A DNA stretch of 64,000 bases from Alphaproteobacteria bacterium (GTDB lineage Bacteria; Pseudomonadota; Alphaproteobacteria; UBA828): assembly GCA_965200925.1 (NCBI GenBank), contig OZ241738.1, positions 332,052-396,051 on the forward strand. Direction: 5' to 3'. Under the pieces are notes generated by a model. The model did not search any database and was not told the DNA's origin. It saw only the letters and a list, made by a program, of their open reading frames with translations. Shown one piece after another: positions 35,485-50,400 of this stretch (the stretch's first letter is position 1; each line of letters starts with the position of its first letter). Both the position numbers and the translations under genes were made by a program.

Positions 35485-38400
35485 CTACCACCTCAGCCGC
35501 AGGTCGATGCGGGCGCCGTGCTCGGGGGCGGCGGCGCCTTCCTTGCGTTCGGCTTCGAGACCGACGGCGAGGTCCGGCCCGAACGCGGAGCGCGTCCCGA
35601 GGCGCCAGCGCCGCGCCCCGCCCTCTTCGTAGCCGAACCCGACATGGGGCGTCATCACCCCGGCCCCGTTCCACACCCCGAACCCGTAGCCCAGCTCCGC
35701 CTCCAGGCGCGCCGTGTTGGCGTCGGTGGTGGCGTCACCCGACGAAACGCGGCCCGTCATCCCTTTGTCCCATAGCCGCGCGAGGCCGCTCTCCGATGCC
35801 CCCCAACGCGGCGACAGCGTGAACGACAGGCCCCGGCCGCCGGGACCGGGCGACAGCTGCGCCGACCCCGACGCGCCCCATTCCTCCACGTCGCCCTCAT
35901 GCGCCACCAGCGTCCGGCCCCGCGCCTCCACCGACAGGCCGCCCGACACCCATTCGAGACCGCCGCCCAGTTCCACGCCCGCGCCGGTCTCCCCGTCGCC
36001 GCCGTCCCAGCGCGCGCCCACCTCCAGCGACGGCGTGAACGCGCCCCCGCCCGCCAGCGCGTATGTCCGGCTTCCTTCCGCCGCGAGCCGCACGCGCCGC
36101 GTGTCCACGGACACCTTCTCGAGCGCCGATCCGTTGTCCTCCACCGAATAGCGCGTCGCCTCCCCCGATCCCTTCACCGCCAGCGCCAACCCGCCCACCG
36201 ACGCCACCGGAACCGAGCCGCCCACCGCGACGCCCACGAACGCACTGTCGCCCTTCTGGACCCCGAAACGCTCCCCGACCTCCTCGTCCGCGATCTCGAT
36301 CTCGCCCTCGCCGTAGCCCAGCGCGCCCCACAGGCGCGAGCCGTTCGAACCCGTCCACCCTGCATACGGATGCACCGCCGCAAGACGGCTCTCGTGAGCG
36401 CCCGTGACCGCTGCCACATCCCCGCTCCGGTCCGTGTAATCGATCTCGCTCTCGAACCACGACATCGCCAGACCGCCCCGGAGACCCTCTCCCAGCGGCG
36501 CATCAACGCCCACGTGCGCCGAGAACAGCTCGCCCGACCAGTCCAGAACATCCTTGTCCAGCGACAGCGAACGCCGGCTCCCGCCGCCCCACATCACCGC
36601 CGGGGAGCCGGAGCCGCCGCCGCCAACACCCGCGCCATCACCGGCCCCACCGCCGCTGCCGGCACCGGCGACGCCAATGCTACCGCCGCCCAGCGCCACC
36701 GCGAACGTCCGGCCCTCCAGAACCTTGCGCCACGACAGGCCTTCCCCATCCTGCGCGTCTTCCTGCGCCTTCAGCGCCGAAGCCAGCGTGTCCGCCGTCC
36801 CGCCGCCCGTACCCGAGGACTCCAGGCGACCCGTCACCGCCTCAACCACGCTCCCCCATTGCGCACGCGACAACTCCGGCAGGATCGACTCGTTGATCGC
36901 CTTCAGACGCTCCCGCGCCGCGCCCAGGTCCGACACCACCTCGATCTTGACGGTCGTCTGGCCCTCGTCGCCGTCGACGTCCCGCGCGATCCAGCTATAG
37001 TCCCTCGCCTTCATCGGCTCGGTCGGCGTACCCGACAGGGTGCCCGTGTTCGGGTCCACTACCAAGCCGGGCGGAGCGTCCGGCTCCAGGCGGTAGGTCA
37101 CCTCGACGTCTCCCTCCGCCCTCGGCAGCGTCTCCGACTGCGCCTCGTCCACCGTGAAGGTGTAGGTCTTCCGGGACGCGACGTCGAAGCTCGGCTTCGT
37201 GTCCACGTATCCCACCGCGAACGGCGAGAACGACCTCATGCCAGGCGCACAGACACGCATCCGATCTGCATCGAACGACGAATCCGCAACCTCCGCCCAA
37301 ACGTTGCCGTCATAGTGCAGCAGCAACCCCTCCCGACCGGCCGCCGCCTGCCGCAGGCCGTCGCTCACAGGCAAGCACACCTTCAGGCCCGACGACGGAA
37401 CCGTACCCGTCACGCTGATGTCCACCACCCGCCGCGCGGTCCCCAACGCCTCCGCCAAGCCGCCGAAGCCGTCGCCCGCCGCCTTCGCCAGCGTCGCCGC
37501 AGAGACCTCCGGCGAGAACGTCAGCGCCAGCGGCGGACCCGCTCCCACACCCGCCAGATCGACCTCGATCCCCGCCGGCACTCCGGACTCCACCGTCACC
37601 GTCACCCGGCGGCCCCCGATGTCGTAGGTCGTCCTTCCCGCCGCGCCATCCGTCACGATCCTGGTGTCGCCGGGATCGGAGACCGCCACGGCCAGCGTTC
37701 CCGTCACGCCGCCGTAAGCGCCGCCCGACGCCGCGTGCGTCAGGGACGCCACGTCGGCAAGGTCGTCGTCGTCCGGCTGCGCGGTCACCATCACCGTCTG
37801 CGCCGCGCTCCAGTCCGACGGGGTGAAGGTCAGGCGGAATGGAGAAACCGTCAGGTCGGCGTCGTCCGGCGAGATCGAGATCAAGACCGTCACGGTCCCG
37901 GCGGGCCTGCTGGTCAGCGCCGCCGTGTACGCCGCGGCCTCGCCCCCCACCGCCGCAACCACCGCCGCCGGATCAAGCACGAACCCCTTCGTGTCGTCGT
38001 CCTCGATGGTCAGTTCCGCGTCCGTCACCGCCATCGTCGTCGAGTCCGCCGTGGCGCGGGAGTTCGCCACCGTCGCCGAGACCGTCACCGTCTTGGCGTC
38101 CGCGTCGATGTAGTTGTTCTTCGCCGTGATCGTCACCACACCGGTGCTCTCGGTCGCGCTCGCCGCGATGGTCAGCATCTTGTCCATGCTCAGCGTGTAG
38201 TCGCCTTCCACCGCCGGGGACACCGGCGTCACCGTCACCGTCGTCGCCGCGGACGACGGATGCGACAGCGTCGCCGTCACCGTCGAGACGCCGCCGTTCT
38301 CCACCACCGACGACGGGTTCAGCGCCAGCGTCACCCCCGGCGGGCCGTCGTCGTCGGTCGTCGTCACGGACACGTCCTCCTCGACCGACGACGTGTCGTA

Positions 38401-41400
38401 GTCGGCATCCCCGCTCGACGGGTCGAGGCGCACCTGCCAGGTCACCGTCCCGTCGTCGATGCTGTCGTTCGCCCCGGTCACCGTCACCGTCTGCGCCGTG
38501 CTCCAGCTTGTCGTTGCGAACGTCAGCGACGGCGGCGATACCGTCCCCTCGCTCCCATCCCGGCTCGCCACCGACACCGTCACCGCCGCCGAAGGCTGCG
38601 TCCGCAGCGCCACCGTGAACGTCGATTGTCCGCCCGCCTCCGTCGCCTGGCCCGTGACCGCACTCACGTTCAGCCCGAACTCGTTGTCGCGGTTCCTCGC
38701 ATACACGGTGACCGCCGAGAGCGCGTCGTAGTTGGCGTCCGCCGTGTTCGTCTGGTCCACCGTCAGCGTGACCGTGTAGTCCCGGTTGCCGTCGGCGACG
38801 GAATCGTCCACCCCGGTCAGGGTCACCGTCTGCGCCGTGCTCCAGTCGCTCGCCGTGAAGGTCAGCGTCGACGGCCCCACCGTGCCCTCGCCGGTGTCCG
38901 AACTCACCACGCCGATCGCCACGTCCCCCGTCGGCTCCGTCGCCAGCTTCACCGTGAACGTGGCCGTCCCGGCCGATTCCGTCGTCTCCAGCCGCGAGCC
39001 GGTCGACGTCGCCGGAGACACCGCGATCCCCGCCGTATCGTCGTCGGTCAAGGTCAGCGAAACCCCGCCCCCGGACACCGTGCCCGCGCCGTGGCCGTTG
39101 GCCAGCACCGCCGTCACCGTCACCTGCCGGTCCGCCGCGTCCACGTCGTTGTCCACCGCCGTGAGCACCGCCCCGCCCGCACTCGACGTAGCCCCGGCCG
39201 CGATCGCGATCCGAGACGCCGACCCCGAACCCACCGTGAACGCCCCCGCCACCGCCTGCACCGTCACCGTCGTCGCCTGCGCCGAACGCCGGTTCAAGGT
39301 CGCCGTCACCGTCGTCATGCCGCCGTTCTCCGAGATCGACGAGGCCGACAGCGCCAGCGTCGCGTCCGGCGCCGCGTCGTCGTCGGTGATGGTCAGCGTC
39401 CGGGCGATCGGCTGCTGCACGCTCTGGTCGTTGACCGCCGTTCCCGAAACCGTCACCTGCTTGTTCGGCGCGTCCGTGTCGTTGTCCACCGCCGCCACCG
39501 TCACCGTGCCGCTGCTGGTCGTCGCCCCGGCCGCTATGGTCAGCGTGGCCGCGCTCGACAGCGTGTAGTCGCCCGCCGCCGCCCCGGTCGAGGCCACCGG
39601 CGCGACCGATACCGTGATCGTCGTCGCCGCGCTCGACGCCCGGTTCAGCGTCGCCGTCACCGACGCCGTGCTGCCCGTCCCGCTCTCGTCGATGGTCGAA
39701 GGCGTCAACGCCAGCGTCACCGTCGGCGGACCCTCGTCGTCGCGGATGGTCAGCGTCGCCGCCGCCGGCGCCGCCGCCCCGTTGCCGCCCGCCGCCGTCG
39801 CCGACACGCGCACCTCGATGTCCGGCTCGTCGGCGGCGTTGTCCTGCGCCGTCACCGTCACCGTGCCCGCGCTGACGGTGGCCCCGGCCGCGATGGTGAG
39901 CTTCGTCGTGCTCGACAGCGCGAAGTCCCCCGACACCGCGCCCGTCGACGCCACCGCGGCGGCCGACACGGTGAGCGTCACCGCCGCGCTCGACTTGCCC
40001 GAGAGCGTCGCCGTCACCGTCGAGACGCCGCCGTTCTCGCCGACGGTCGCCGGCGTGAGCACCAGCGCCAGCGTCGGCAAGGTATCGTCGTCCGTCAGCG
40101 TCAGCGTCACGTCCGGCGGCACCGCCACCCCGTTGCCCCCCGCCGCGGTTCCCGAGACCGTCACCGACTTGTTCGGCGAATCCACGTCGTTGCCGTTCGC
40201 CGTCACCGTCACCAGGCCCGCGCTCTCCGTCGACCCGGCCGCGATGGTCAGCGTCGTTGCGCCCGACAGGGTGAAGTCCGCGGCGACCGTCCCGGTCCCT
40301 GCGGCTGCGGCCACTGTCACCGTCACAGCAGCGCTCGATGGGCCGGAGAGCGTCGCCGTCACCGTGGAGATACCGTCCGTCTCCGCAATCGACGACGGCG
40401 TGAGCGCCAGCGAAACCGTCGGCAGCGTCTCATCGTCCGTCAGCGTCAGCGTCACGTTGGACGGATTGGCGACCCCGTTGCCGCCCGCCGCGGTTCCCGA
40501 AACCGTCACCGATTTGTTCGGCGAATCCACCGCGTTGCCGTTCGCCCTCACCGTCACTTCGCCCGCGCTCGTCGTCGCCCCCGCGGCGATGGTCAGAGTC
40601 TTCGCCGTGCTCAAGGTGAAGTCACCCGCGACCGCGCCGGCCCCCGCGGCCGCAGCCACCGTCACCGTCACCGCAGCGCTCGACTTGCCCGTAAGCGTCG
40701 CCGTAACCGTGGAGATGCCGCCCGTCTCCGTAATCGACGTGTCGGAGAGCGCCAGCGCCAGCGTCGGCAAGGCGTCGTCGTCCGTCAGCGTCAGCGTCAC
40801 GTTCGGCGGGTTCGAGACCCCGTTGCCGCCCGCCGCGGCGCCCGAAACCGTCACCGACTTGTTCGGAGAATCCATGTCGTTGCCGTTCGCCGTCACCGTC
40901 ACCAGCCCCCCGCTCGTCGTTGCCCCGGCCGCGATGGTCAGCGTCGTCGCGCTCGACAGGTCGAAGTCCGCCGCCACCGCCCCGGCCCCTACCGCCGCGG
41001 CCACCGTCACCGTCACCGCAGCGCTGGACTCGCCGGAGAGCGTCGCCGTCACCGTGGAGACCCCGCCCGTCTCCGAAATCGAAGTAGAAGAGAGCGCCAG
41101 CGCAACCGTCGGCAAGGCATCGTCGTCGGTGATCGTCAGGGTCACGTTCGACGGGTTCGCCACCCCGTTGCCGCCCGCCGTGGTTCCCGAGACCGTCACA
41201 GACTTGTTCGGAGAATCCACGTCGTTGCCGTTCGCCGTCACCGTCACCACGCCCGCGCTCGTCGTCGCCCCCGCCGCGAAGGTCAGCGTCGCCGCCGTGC
41301 TCAGGGTGAAGTCCGCCGCGACCGCCCCGGCCCCCGCAGCAGCAGCCACCGTCACCGTCACCGCTTCGCTCGACGCACCCGAAAGCGTCGCCGTCACCGT

Positions 41401-44400
41401 CGCAATCCCGCCCGTCTCCGTAATCGAAGTGGAAGAAAGCGCCAGCGCCACCGTCGGCAAGGCGTCGTCGTCGGTGATCGTCAGGGTCACGTTCGACGGG
41501 TTCGCCACGTTGTTGCCGCCCGCCGCGGTTCCCGAGACCGTCACCGGCTTGTTCGGCGAATCCACCGCGTTGCCGTTCGCCGTCACCGTCACCACGCCCG
41601 TGCTGGTGGTCGCCCCGGCCGCAATGGTCAGAGTCGTCGCCGTGCTCAGGGTGAAGTCGTCCACGACCGCCCCGGTCCCCGCCGCCGCAGCCACCGTCAA
41701 CGTCACCGCGGCGCTCGATGGGCCGGAGAGCGTCGCCGTCACCGTCGAGATGCCGCCCGTCTCCGAAATCGACGAGGCCGAGAGCGCCAGCGCCGCCGTC
41801 GGCAGCGTCTCGTCGTCGGTCAGCGTCAGCGTCCGGGCGATCGGCTGCTGTACGCCCTGGTCGTTGATCGCCGTTCCCGAAACCGTCGCCTGCTTGTTCG
41901 GCGCGTCGGTGTCGTCGTCCACCGCAGCGACCGTCACCGTGCCGCTGCTGGTCGTCGCCCCGGCCGCTATGGTCAGCGTGTTCGCGCTCGACAGCGTGTA
42001 GTCGCCCGCCGCCGCCCCGGTCGAGGCCACCGGCGCGACCGACACCGTGATCGTCGTCGCCGCGCTCGACGCCCGGTTCAGCGTCGCCGTCACCGCCGCC
42101 GTGCTCCCCGTCCCGCTCTCGTCGATGGTGGCGGGCGTCAATACCAGGGTCACCGTCGGCGGGCCTTCGTCGTCGCGGATGGTCAGCGTCGCCGCCAGCG
42201 GCGCCGCCGCCCCGTTGCCGCCCGCCGCCGTCGCCGACACGCGCACCTCGATGTCCGGCTCGTCGGCGGCGTTGTCGTTCGCCGTCACCGTCACCGTGCC
42301 CGTGCTGACGGTGGCCCCGGCCGCGATGGTGAGCTTCGTCGTGCTCGACAGCGCGAAGTCCCCTGCGACCGCGCCCGTCGACGCCACCGGGGCAGCCGAC
42401 ACGGTGAGCGTCACCGCCGCGCTCGACTTGCCCGAGAGCGTCGCCGTCACCGTCGAGACGCCGCCGTTCTCGCCGACGGTCGCCGGCGTGAGCACCAGCG
42501 CCAGCGTCGGCAGGGCGTCGTCGTCGGCCAGCGTCAGGGTCGCGTTCGGCGGGTTCGCGACGCCGTTGCCCCCTGCCACCGTGCCCGAGACCGTCACCGG
42601 CTTGTTCGGCGAATCCACGTCGTTGTCGTTCGCCGTCACCGTCACCAGGCCCGCGCTCTCCGTGTCCCCGGCCGCGATGGTCAGCGTCGCCGCCGTGCTC
42701 AAGGTGAAGTCGCCCGAGACCGCGCCGGCCCCCGCGGCCGCGGCCACCGTCACCGTCACCGCGGCGCTCGACGCCCCCGACAACCGCGCCGTCACCGTCG
42801 CCACCCCGTTCGTCTCCGTAATCGACGATGGCGTGAGCGCCAAGGCAACCGTCGGCAAGGCGTCGTCGTCCGTCAGCGTCAGCATCACGTTCGGCGGATT
42901 GGCCACCCCGTTGCCCCCCGCCGCGGTTCCCGAGACCGTCACCGACTTGTTCGGCGAATCCACCGCGTTACCGTTCGCCGTCACCGTCACTTCGCCCGCG
43001 CTCGTGGTCGCTCCGGCCGCGATGGTCAGGGTCGTCCCGGACTGCGTGAAATCCCCCGCGACCGCCCCGGTCCCCGCCGCCGCGGCCACCGTCACCGTCA
43101 CCGCCGCGCTCGATGGGCCGGAGAGCGTCGCCGTCACCGTCGAGATGCCGCCCGTCTCCGTAATCGACGAATCGGAGAGTGCCAGCGCCACCGTCGGCAA
43201 GGCGTCGTCGTCTTCCAGCGTCAGGGTCACGTTCGGCGGGGCCGTGACCCCGTTGCCGCCCACCGCGGCGCCCGAGACCGTCACCGACTTGTCCGGCGAA
43301 TCCACCGCGTTGCCGTTCGCCGTCACCGTCACCAGGCCCGCGCTCGTCGTCGACCCCGCCGCAATCGTCAGCGTCGTTCCCGTCTGCGTGAAGTCGCCCA
43401 AGACCGCGCCCGTCCCCGCGGCGGCCGCCACCGTCACCGTCACCGCTGCGCTCGACTTGCCCGAAAGCGTCGCCGTCACCGTCGAAACCCCGCCCGTCTC
43501 CGAAACCGACGAATCGGAGAGCGCCAGCGCAACCGTCGGCAGCGTCTCGTCGTCCTCCAAGGTCAGCGTCACGTTCGGCGGATTGGCAACGCCGTTGCCG
43601 CCCGCCGCCGTGCCCGAGACCGTCACCGACTTGTCCGGCGAATCCACCGCGTTGCCGTTCGCCGTCACCGTCACCAAGCCCGCGCTCGTCGTCGACCCCG
43701 CCGCGAAGGTCAGCGTCGTCGCCGTGCTCAAGGTGAAGTCCGCCGCGACCGCCCCGGTCCCCGCGGCCGCCCCCACCGTCACCGTCACCGCTTCACTCGA
43801 TGGACCGGAGAGCGTCGCCATCACCGTCGAGACCCCGCCCGTCTCCGAAATCGAAGTGGAAGAGAGCGCCAGCGCGACCATCGGCAGCGTCTCGTCGTCT
43901 TCCAGCGTCAGCGTCACGTTCGGCGGATTGACGACACCGTTGCCGCCCGCCGCGGTTCCCGAGACCGTCACCGACTTGTCCGGCGAATCCACCGTGTTGC
44001 CGTTCGCCGTCACCGTCACCGTCCCGGCGCTCGTCGTCGAACCCGCCGCAATCGTCAGCGTCGTCGCGCTCGACAGGGTGAAGTCCGCCGCGACCGCCCC
44101 GGTCCCGACGGCCGCTCCCACCGTCACCGTCACCGCCTCGCTCGACTTGCCCGTAAGCGTCGCCGTCACCGTCGAGATGCCGCCCGTCTCCGAAATCGAC
44201 GAATCGGAGAGTGCCAGCGCCACCGTCGGCAAGGCGTCGTCGTCGGCGATGGTCAGCGTCCGGGCGATCGGCTGCTGTACGCCCTGGTCGTTGACCGCCG
44301 TTCCCGAAACCGTCGCTTGCCGGTTCGGCGCGTCCGTGTCGTTGTCCACCGCCGCCACCGTCACCGTGCCGCTGCTGGTCGTCGCGCCGGCCGCGATGGT

Positions 44401-47400
44401 CAGCGTCGCCGCGCTCGACAGCGTGTAGTCGCCCGCCGCCGCCCCGGTCGAGGCCACCGGCGCGACCGACACCGTGACCGTCGTCGCCGCGCTCGACACC
44501 CGGTTCAGCGTCGCCGTCACCGCCGCCGTGCTCCCCGTCCCGCTCTCGTCGATGGTCGAAGGCGTCAACGCCAGCGTCACCGTCGGCGGACCCTCGTCGT
44601 CGCGGACGGTCAGCGTCGCGTCCGCTGGCGCCGTCACCCCGTTGCCACCCGCCGCCGTTGCCGACACGCGCACCTCGACGTCCGGCTCGTCGGCGGTGTT
44701 GTCCTGGGCCGTCACCGTCACCGTGCCCGTGCTGACGGTGGCCCCGGCCGCGATGGTGAGCTTGGTCGCGCTCGACAGGGCGAAGTCTCCCGCCACCGCG
44801 CCCGTCGACGCCACCGGGGCGGCCGACACCGTGAGCGTCACCGCCGCGCTCGACTTGCCCGAGAGCGTCGCCGTTACCGTGGAGACGCCGCCGTTCTCGC
44901 CGACGGTCGCGGGCACGAGCACCAGCGCCACCGTCGGCAGCGTCTCGTCGTCCGTCAGCGTCAGGGTCACGTTCGACGGATTGGCCACCCCGTTGCCGCC
45001 CGCCGCGGTGCCCGAGACCGTCACCGACTTGTTCGGCGAATCCACCGCGTTGCCGTTCGCCCTCACCGTCACCAGGCCCGCGCTGGTGGTCGCGTTGGCC
45101 GCGATCGTCAAAGTCTTCGCACTCGACAGGGTGAAGTCCGCCGCCACCGCGCCGGTTCCGGCGGCCGCCCCCACAGTCACCGTCACCGCCGCGCTCGACT
45201 TGCCCGTAAGCGTCGCCGTCACCGTCGCCACCCCGCCCGTCTCCGAAATCGATGTGGAAGAGAGCGCCAGCGCAACCGTCGGCAGCGTCTCGTCGTCCGT
45301 CAGCGTCAGCGTCACGTTCGACGGATTGGCGACCCCGTTGCCACCCGCCGCAGTTCCCGAAACCGTCACCGACTTGTCCGGCGAATCCACCGCGTTGCCG
45401 TTCGCCCTCACCGTCACCAGGCCCGTGCTGATGGTCGCGTTGGCCGCGATCGTCAAAGTCTTCGCACTCGACAGGGTGAAGTCCGCCGCCACCGCGCCGG
45501 TTCCGGCGGCCGCCCCCACGGTCACCGTGACCGCCGCGCTCGACTTGCCCGTAAGCGTCGCCGTCACCGTCGCCACCCCGCCCGTCTCCGAAATCGATGT
45601 GGAAGAGAGCGCCAGCGCAACCGTCGGCAGCGTCTCGTCGTCCGTCAGCGTCAGCGTCACGTTCGACGGATTGGCGACCCCGTTGCCACCCGCCGCAGTT
45701 CCCGAAACCGTCACCGACTTGTCCGGCGAATCCACCGCGTTGCCGTTCGCCCTCACCGTCACCAGGCCCGCGCTCGTCGTCGAACCCGCCGCGATCGTCA
45801 AAGTCTTCGCACTCGACAGGGTGAAGTCCGCCGCCACCGCGCCGGTTCCGGCGGCCGCCCCCACGGTCACCGTGACCGCCGCGCTCGACTTGCCCGTAAG
45901 CGTCGCCGTCACCGTGGAGACGCCGCCCGTCTCCGAAATCGATGTGGAAGAGAGCACCAGCGCAACCGTCGGCAGCGTCTCGTCGTCCGTCAGCGTCAGG
46001 GTCACGTTCGACGGATTGGCCACCCCGTTGCCGCCCGCCGCGGTTCCCGAGACCGTCACGGACTTGTTCGGCGAATCCACGTCGTTGCCGTTCGCCCTCA
46101 CCGTCACCAGGCCCGCGCTCGTCGTCGAACCCGCCGCGATCGTCAAAGTCTTCGCACTCGACAAGGTGAAGTCCGCCGCCACCGCGCCGGTTCCGGCGGC
46201 CGCCCCCACGGTCACCGTCACCGCCGCGCTCGACTTGCCCGTAAGCGTCGCCGTCACCGTCGCCACCCCGCCCGTCTCCGAAATCGATGTGGAAGAGAGC
46301 GCCAGCGCAACCGTCGGCAGCGTCTCGTCGTCCGTCAGCGTCAGCGTCACGTTCGACGGATTGGCGACCCCGTTGCCACCCGCCGCAGTTCCCGAAACCG
46401 TCACCGACTTGTCCGGCGAATCCACCGCGTTGCCGTTCGCCCTCACCGTCACCAGGCCCGCGCTCGTCGTCGAACCCGCCGCGATCGTCAAAGTCTTCGC
46501 ACTCGACAGGGCGAAGTCCGCCGCCACCGCGCCGGTTCCGGCGGCCGCCCCCACAGTCACCGTGACCGCTTCACTCGACTTGCCCGTAATCGTCGCCGTC
46601 ACCGTCGCCACCCCGCCCGTCTCCGTAATCGACGAATCGGAGAGCGCCAGCGCAACCGTCGGCAAGGCGTCATCGTCCTCCAACGTCAGCGTCACGTCCG
46701 GCGGGGCCGCGACCCCGTTGCCGCCCGCCGCGGTTCCCGAGACCGTCACCGACTTGTCCGGCGAATCCACCGCGTTGCCGTTCGCCCTCACCGTCACCAG
46801 GCCCGTGCTGGTGGTCGCGTTGGCCGCGATCGTCAAGGTCTTCGCCGCGCTCAGGTCGAAGTCCGCCGCAACCGCCCCGCTCCCCGCCGCCGCAGCCACC
46901 GTCACCGTCACCGCTTCGCTCGACGGACCCGTAAGCGTCGCCGTCACAGTGGAGATGCCGCCGTTCTCGCCGACGGTCGGGGGCGTAAGCACCAGCGCCA
47001 CCGTCGGCAAGGCGTCGTCGTCCTCCAGCGTCAGCGTCACGTTCGGCGGGGTCGCGACCCCGTTGCCGCCCGCCGCGGCGCCCGAAACCGTCACCGACTT
47101 GTTCGGCGAATCCATCGCGTTGCCGTTCGCCGTCACCGTCACCAGGCCCGCGCTCGTCGTCGCCCCGGCCGAGATCGTTAGAGTCGTCGCGCTCGACAGA
47201 TCGAAGTCCGCGGCGACCGCGCCGGTCCCGGCGGCCGCCCCCACCGTCACCGTCACCGCTGCGCTCGACGCGCCCGAAAGTGTCGCCGTCACCGTTGCAA
47301 CCCCGCTCGTCTCCGAAATCGACGAGGCAGAGAGCGCCAGCGCAACCGTCGGCAGCGTCTCGTCGTCTTCCAGCGTCAGCGTCACGTTCGGCGGCGTCGC

Positions 47401-50400
47401 GACGCCGTTGCCGCCCGCTGCGGTTCCCGTGACCGTCACCGACTTGTTCGGCGAATCCACCGTGTTGCCGTTCGCCGTCACCGTCACCAAGCCCGCGCTC
47501 TCCGTCGAACCCGCCGCGATCGTCAGAGTCGTCGCCGTGCTCAAGGTGAAGTCGCCCGAGACCGCGCCGGTCCCCGCGGCGGCCGCCACGGTCACCGTCA
47601 CCGCTGCGCTCGACGCCCCCGTAAGCGTCGCCGTCACCGTCGCAACCCCGCTCGTCTCCGAAATCGACGAGGCGGAGAGCGCCAGCGCCACCGTCGGCAG
47701 CGTCTCGTCGTCTTCCAGGGTCAGGGTCACGTTCGGCGGATTGGCGACGCCGTTGCCGCCCACCGCGGCGCCCGAGACCGTCACCGACTTGTTCGGCGAA
47801 TCCACCGTGTTGCCGTTCGCCGTCACCGTCACCAAGCCCGCGCTCGTCGTCTCCCCCGCCGCGATGGTCAATGTCTTCGCCGTGCTCAAGGCGAAGTCCG
47901 CCCCGACCGCGCCACTCCCGGCGGCCGCTCCCACCGTCACCGTCACCGCTTCGCTCGACGCACCCGAAAGCGTCGCCGTCACCGTCGAAACCCCGCCCGT
48001 CTCCGAAATCGACGAGGCGGAGAGCGCCAGCGCCACCGTCGGCAAGGCGTCGTCGTCCGTCAGCGTCAACGTCACGTTCGGCGGCGCCGCGACGCCGTTA
48101 CCGCCCACCGCAGTTCCCGAGACCGTCACCGACTTGTTCGGCGAATCCACCGTGTTGCCGTTCGCCGTCACCGTCACCAAGCCCGCGCTCGTCGTCTCCC
48201 CCGCCGCGATGGTCAATGTCTTCGCCGTGCTCAAGGCGAAGTCCGCCCCGACCGCGCCACTCCCGGCGGCCGCTCCCACCGTCACCGTCACCGCTTCGCT
48301 CGACGCACCCGAAAGCGTCGCCGTCACCGTCGAAACCCCGCCCGTCTCCGAAATCGACGAGGCGGAGAGCGCCAGCGCCACCGTCGGCAAGGCGTCGTCG
48401 TCCGTCAGCGTCAACGTCACGTTCGGCGGCGCCGCGACGCCGTTACCGCCCACCGCAGTTCCCGAGACCGTCACCGACTTGTTCGGCGAATCCACCGTGT
48501 TGCCGTTCGCCGTCACCGTCACCAAGCCCGCGCTCGTCGTCTCCCCCGCCGCGATGGTCAATGTCTTCGCCGTGCTCAAGGCGAAGTCCGCCCCGACCGC
48601 GCCACTCCCGGCGGCCGCTCCCACCGTCACCGTCACCGCTTCGCTCGACGCACCCGAAAGCGTCGCCGTCACCGTCGAAACCCCGCCCGTCTCCGAAATC
48701 GACGAGGCGGAGAGCGCCAGCGCCACCGTCGGCAAGGCGTCGTCGTCCGTCAGCGTCAACGTCACGTTCGGCGGCGCCGCGACGCCGTTACCGCCCACCG
48801 CAGTTCCCGAGACCGTCACCGACTTGTTCGGCGAATCCACCGTGTTGCCGTTCGCCGTCACCGTCACCAGACCCGCGCTCGTCGTCTCCCCCGCCGCGAT
48901 GGTCAGTGTCTTCGCCGTGCTCAAGGCGAAGTCCGCCCCGACCGCGCCACTCCCGGCGGCCGCCCCCACCGTGATCGTCACCGCCTCGCTCGACTTGCCC
49001 GTAAGCGTCGCCGTCACCGTCGAAACCCCGCCCGTCTCCGAAATCGACGGGTCGGAGAGCGCCAGCGCAACCGTCGGCAAGGCGTCATCGTCCTCCAACG
49101 TCAGCGTCACGTCCGGCGGGGCCGCGACACTGTTGCCGCCCGCCGCCGCGCCCGAGACCGTCACCGACTTGTTCGGCGAGTCCACGTCGTTGCCGTTCGC
49201 CGTCACCGTCACCAGGCCCGTGCTGGTGGTCGCGCTGGCCGCGATCGTCAAAGTCTTCGCACTCGACAGGGTGAAGTCCGCCGCCACCGCGCCGGTCCCG
49301 GCGGCCGCAGCCACCGTCACCGTCACCGCCGCGCTCGACGGGCCGGAGAGCGTCGCCGTCACCGTCGAGATACCCCCTGTCTCAGAGATCGACGTGTCGG
49401 AGAGCGCCAGCGCAACCGTCGGTAAGACATCGTCGTCCTCCAGCGTCAGCGTCACGTTCGGCGGGGCCGTGACCCCGTTGCCACCCGCCGCGGTTCCCGA
49501 AACCGTCACCGACTTGTTCGGCGAATCCACCGTGTTGCCGCTCGCCGTCACCGTCACCAGGCCCGCGCTCGTCGTCGATCCCGCCGCGATGGTCAGCGTC
49601 GTTGCCGTGCTCAAGGTGAAGTCGCCTGACACCGCCCCGCTCCCGGCGGCCGCCCCCACCGTCACCGTCACCGCGGCGCTCGATGGGCCGGAGAGCGTCG
49701 CCGTCACCGTCGCAACCCCGCTCGTCTCCGCAATCGACGAATCGGAGAGCGCCAGCGCCACCGTCGGCAGTGCGTCGTCGTCCGTCAGCGTCAACGTCAC
49801 GTTCGGCGGGGCCGCGACCCCGTTGCCGCCCGCCGCCGCGCCCGAGACCGTCACCGATTTGTTCGGTGAATCCACATCGTTGCCGTTCGCCGTCACCGTC
49901 ACCAAGCCCGCGCTCGTCGTCGAACCCGCCGCGATGGTCAGAGTCGTCCCCGTGCTCAGGGCGAAGTCCGCCGCGACCGCGCCGGTTCCGGCGGCCGCTC
50001 CCACCATCACCGTCACCGCAGCACTCGACGGACCCGTAAGCGTCGCCGTCACCGTCGAAACCCCGCCCGTCTCCGTAATCGACGAATCGGAGAGCGCCAG
50101 CGCAACCGTCGGCAGCGTCTCGTCGTCTTCCAGCGTCAACGTCACGTTCGGCGGATTCACGACGCCGTTGCCGCCCGCCGACGTCCCCGAGACCGTCACC
50201 GACTTGTTCGGCGAATCCACCGCGTTGCCGTTCGCCGTCACCGTCACCAAGCCCGCGCTCGTCGTCTCCCCGGCCGCGATAGTCAAAGTCTTCACGCTCG
50301 ACAGGGTGAAGTCCGCCGCGACCGCGTCGGTCCCCGCGGCCGCCGCCACCGTCACCGTCACCGCAGCGCTCGACGGACCCGAAAGCGTCGCCGTCACCGT